From Octopus sinensis (lineage: Eukaryota), in assembly GCF_006345805.1 (NCBI RefSeq), contig NC_043008.1, forward strand, positions 31,992,001 through 32,056,000: 64,000 nt of DNA, read 5' to 3'. Position numbers and translations under genes: made by a program. Under the pieces are notes generated by a model. It saw only the letters and a program-made list of their open reading frames with translations, made no database searches and had not been told where the DNA came from. This document shows positions 62,001-64,000 of this stretch, piece after piece. Within the stretch, counting starts at the first letter, position 1; every line of letters starts with the position of its first letter.

Positions 62001-63305
62001 ATGTATAAGTGACTGAGATCACAACTCTCCTCTTCCCTGAGTGGGACACCAATCCATCACAGGTTTAACTCCTCAGCTATTGAAAAAAATGTTTAACTGA
62101 GTGGACTGGGTCAGTGTGAAGTGAAGTATTTTGCTCCAGAACACAATCCATAACCTGCTCTTGGAATGGAAACCATGATCTTTATGATCATAAGTGCAGC
62201 ATTATAACAACTGGGATACACACCATGAAATATAGTTTATCAAATGTAAAAAAAATATCTATTTAACATGTTGCATAATGTGAGGAATTTAGCATCTTCA
62301 GTCAATTACATTATCTAGTCTAATATTTTGCTGGTACTTAGGTTTATAGATTTTTGTTTTTTGTAAGGAGTAAAAGACAAATTTGATATCGGCATAAAGT
62401 GATATAATTTATGCAGAAAAGATATTTTTATTTGATGTACCAAGCCTACCATTAATGCTAATACATATACACACATATATGAATAAATACATTCAAGGAA
62501 CCTCTGTATAGTTTTTATCTACTATATTTCTTGACTTGATGTTATGTGAAAAGATGCCTGAGGTACAGTGAGATTGAACTAAATAAATGCAGAGAGAATT
62601 TCTTACCCACACAGCCATATGTGAACCCTTGGATTAGTAGAATAATTAGACTGTCAGACAAAATGCTTTGCAGTATTTCTTTAGGTTCTTTACATTGTGA
62701 GTTCAAATCCTGCCAAAGTCAGCTTTTCCTTTTCCCACTTTTTAGTATCGATAAAATAAAGTATCAGTCAAGTACAAAAGTCCATGGTATTAGCTAATCC
62801 TCTTCCTTCAAAATTGCTGGCCTTGTGCCAAAAATAGAAACCAGTAATCTAGCAGAATTAACATGGCAGGCATTTCTTCTGACTTGACATTCTGAGTTCA
62901 AATTCCACTGAGGTTGACTTTGCCTGTCATCCTTTCAGGGTTGATGAAATAAGCACCAGTTGAGTACTGGGGTCAGTGTAATTGATTAGACCCCACCCTG
63001 CAAATTTCAGGCTTGTGCCTATTGTAGAAAAACTTATCATTATTTGATTATTTACCATTCTATGCTAATGATTTATTAATTATTAATAGCTATATCAGTT
63101 AGGTTAGAGTAATAACATTCTTAGTCATAATTAGACATATATAATTTGTGTAGGTATAACCAGTGCATTGTTTTAGAAACTTGTTTGGGTTATATGTTTT
63201 GTACCTACTCCCATTTAACTCATTTACAGACACACCACATACACATACACTTTCTCTCTACCAATACAGAATCACTAAAATCACATGCTACTATTTTTTT
63301 TTTCT

Positions 63306-64000
63306 TAATAATAATAATAATGAAATTAATTGTATACAGTGCTCAGGTGCACCACAACTTGTCAGAAAGTGCATATAAATTACATGCAGTAATGTAGAAA
63401 TGTCTGGAAAGCGAACAATGAATGAGTCAGATACATGCTTGTGCGTGTATGGAGGGGAGAAAATCAAGTGTAGTGTTGGCGAATCTCAGGAAGCATGGAA
63501 GTTTTGAAGGATGCAGTGCTCCGACAACTAACAACCGATGCCGGCAGTTTGTTCCATGCTTCAGCAACTCTCAGCGTAAAAAAATGTTTCCTGAAGTCAT
63601 GGGAGCTGTGCTGTTTTCTTACTTTGTAAATATGTCCACGGGTGTTAGATGGGTGGAGTTTGAAGAGGTGCTCAGAGTTATTGTTTGTGCGATGGTTGAT
63701 AATTTTATGGGTGTCTGCCAAGTCAGCTGCCAGACGTCGGAGTTTCAATGTGTCCATGCCCAGGGAAGTAAGGCGTTCAGGATATGGCAAATGCCTGATG
63801 GAGGGTATTCTTTTGGTTGCACGTCGCTGAACAGCTTCCGGACGATTGATGTCCTGGGCAAGATAGGGGTTCCAGACCGGTGATGCAAATTCCAGGTGAG
63901 GTCTTACCATAGCTATATAAAGCCGCAGATAGATAGCCGGAGAGCGGCTCACAAAGGATTTGGTGAGTGATGCCAAGACACCCTCAGCCTTCTTGACAAT
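63306..64000 (-). mobile_element. CR1-clade LINE 3' end (RT C-terminus); continues beyond the window
   Basis: ORF 63464-63976 with LYIAMVRPHLEFASPVWNPYL..EAVQRRATK..YPERL..L..RR...DL and FFTLRVAEAWNKLP, then a 3' UTR and (ATT)n tail at about 63307-63320. Confidence 0.92.

Noticed and set aside
63422-63883. 153-aa + strand ORF
   Set aside because: Antisense shadow of the CR1 reverse transcriptase ORF.

Overview
This is animal nuclear DNA, not prokaryotic. It is AT-rich, microsatellite-dense and dominated by repeats. The tRNA-derived SINE families and the repeat mix point to an octopus (Octopus sp.); this is an inference from recalled repeat consensus, not a database search. I recognised no complete host protein-coding gene. 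Almost all track ORFs are microsatellite read-throughs, antisense shadows or transposon relics. Recognisable relics are a Chapaev-type DDE transposon (9.1-10.7 kb), a CsRn1-like Gypsy gag-pol (11.4-12.5 kb), a Merlin/IS1595 transposase fragment (12.6 kb), RTE LINEs, a Tigger/pogo, a mariner, an L1/Tx1 insert with a 16-bp target-site duplication (TSD), Penelope-like GIY-YIG ends and a CR1. There are also at least four SINE families and several MITE families. The most notable observations are: (1) a hammerhead ribozyme core in a Penelope-like relic; (2) a canonical AG|GTAAG recursive-splice-site candidate where CpG decay begins, at about 25 kb, the likely start of a methylated gene body; (3) perfect fold-back palindromes, two of them back to back; (4) GGATCTTTTC-ended MITEs with an 8-bp TSD carrying TTAGGG arrays, near a Merlin transposase relic; (5) an unidentified, intronless decayed coding fragment at 19.1-19.4 kb. 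Candidate small exons are reported at low confidence. All alignments and folds were done by eye, and many repeat boundaries are approximate.
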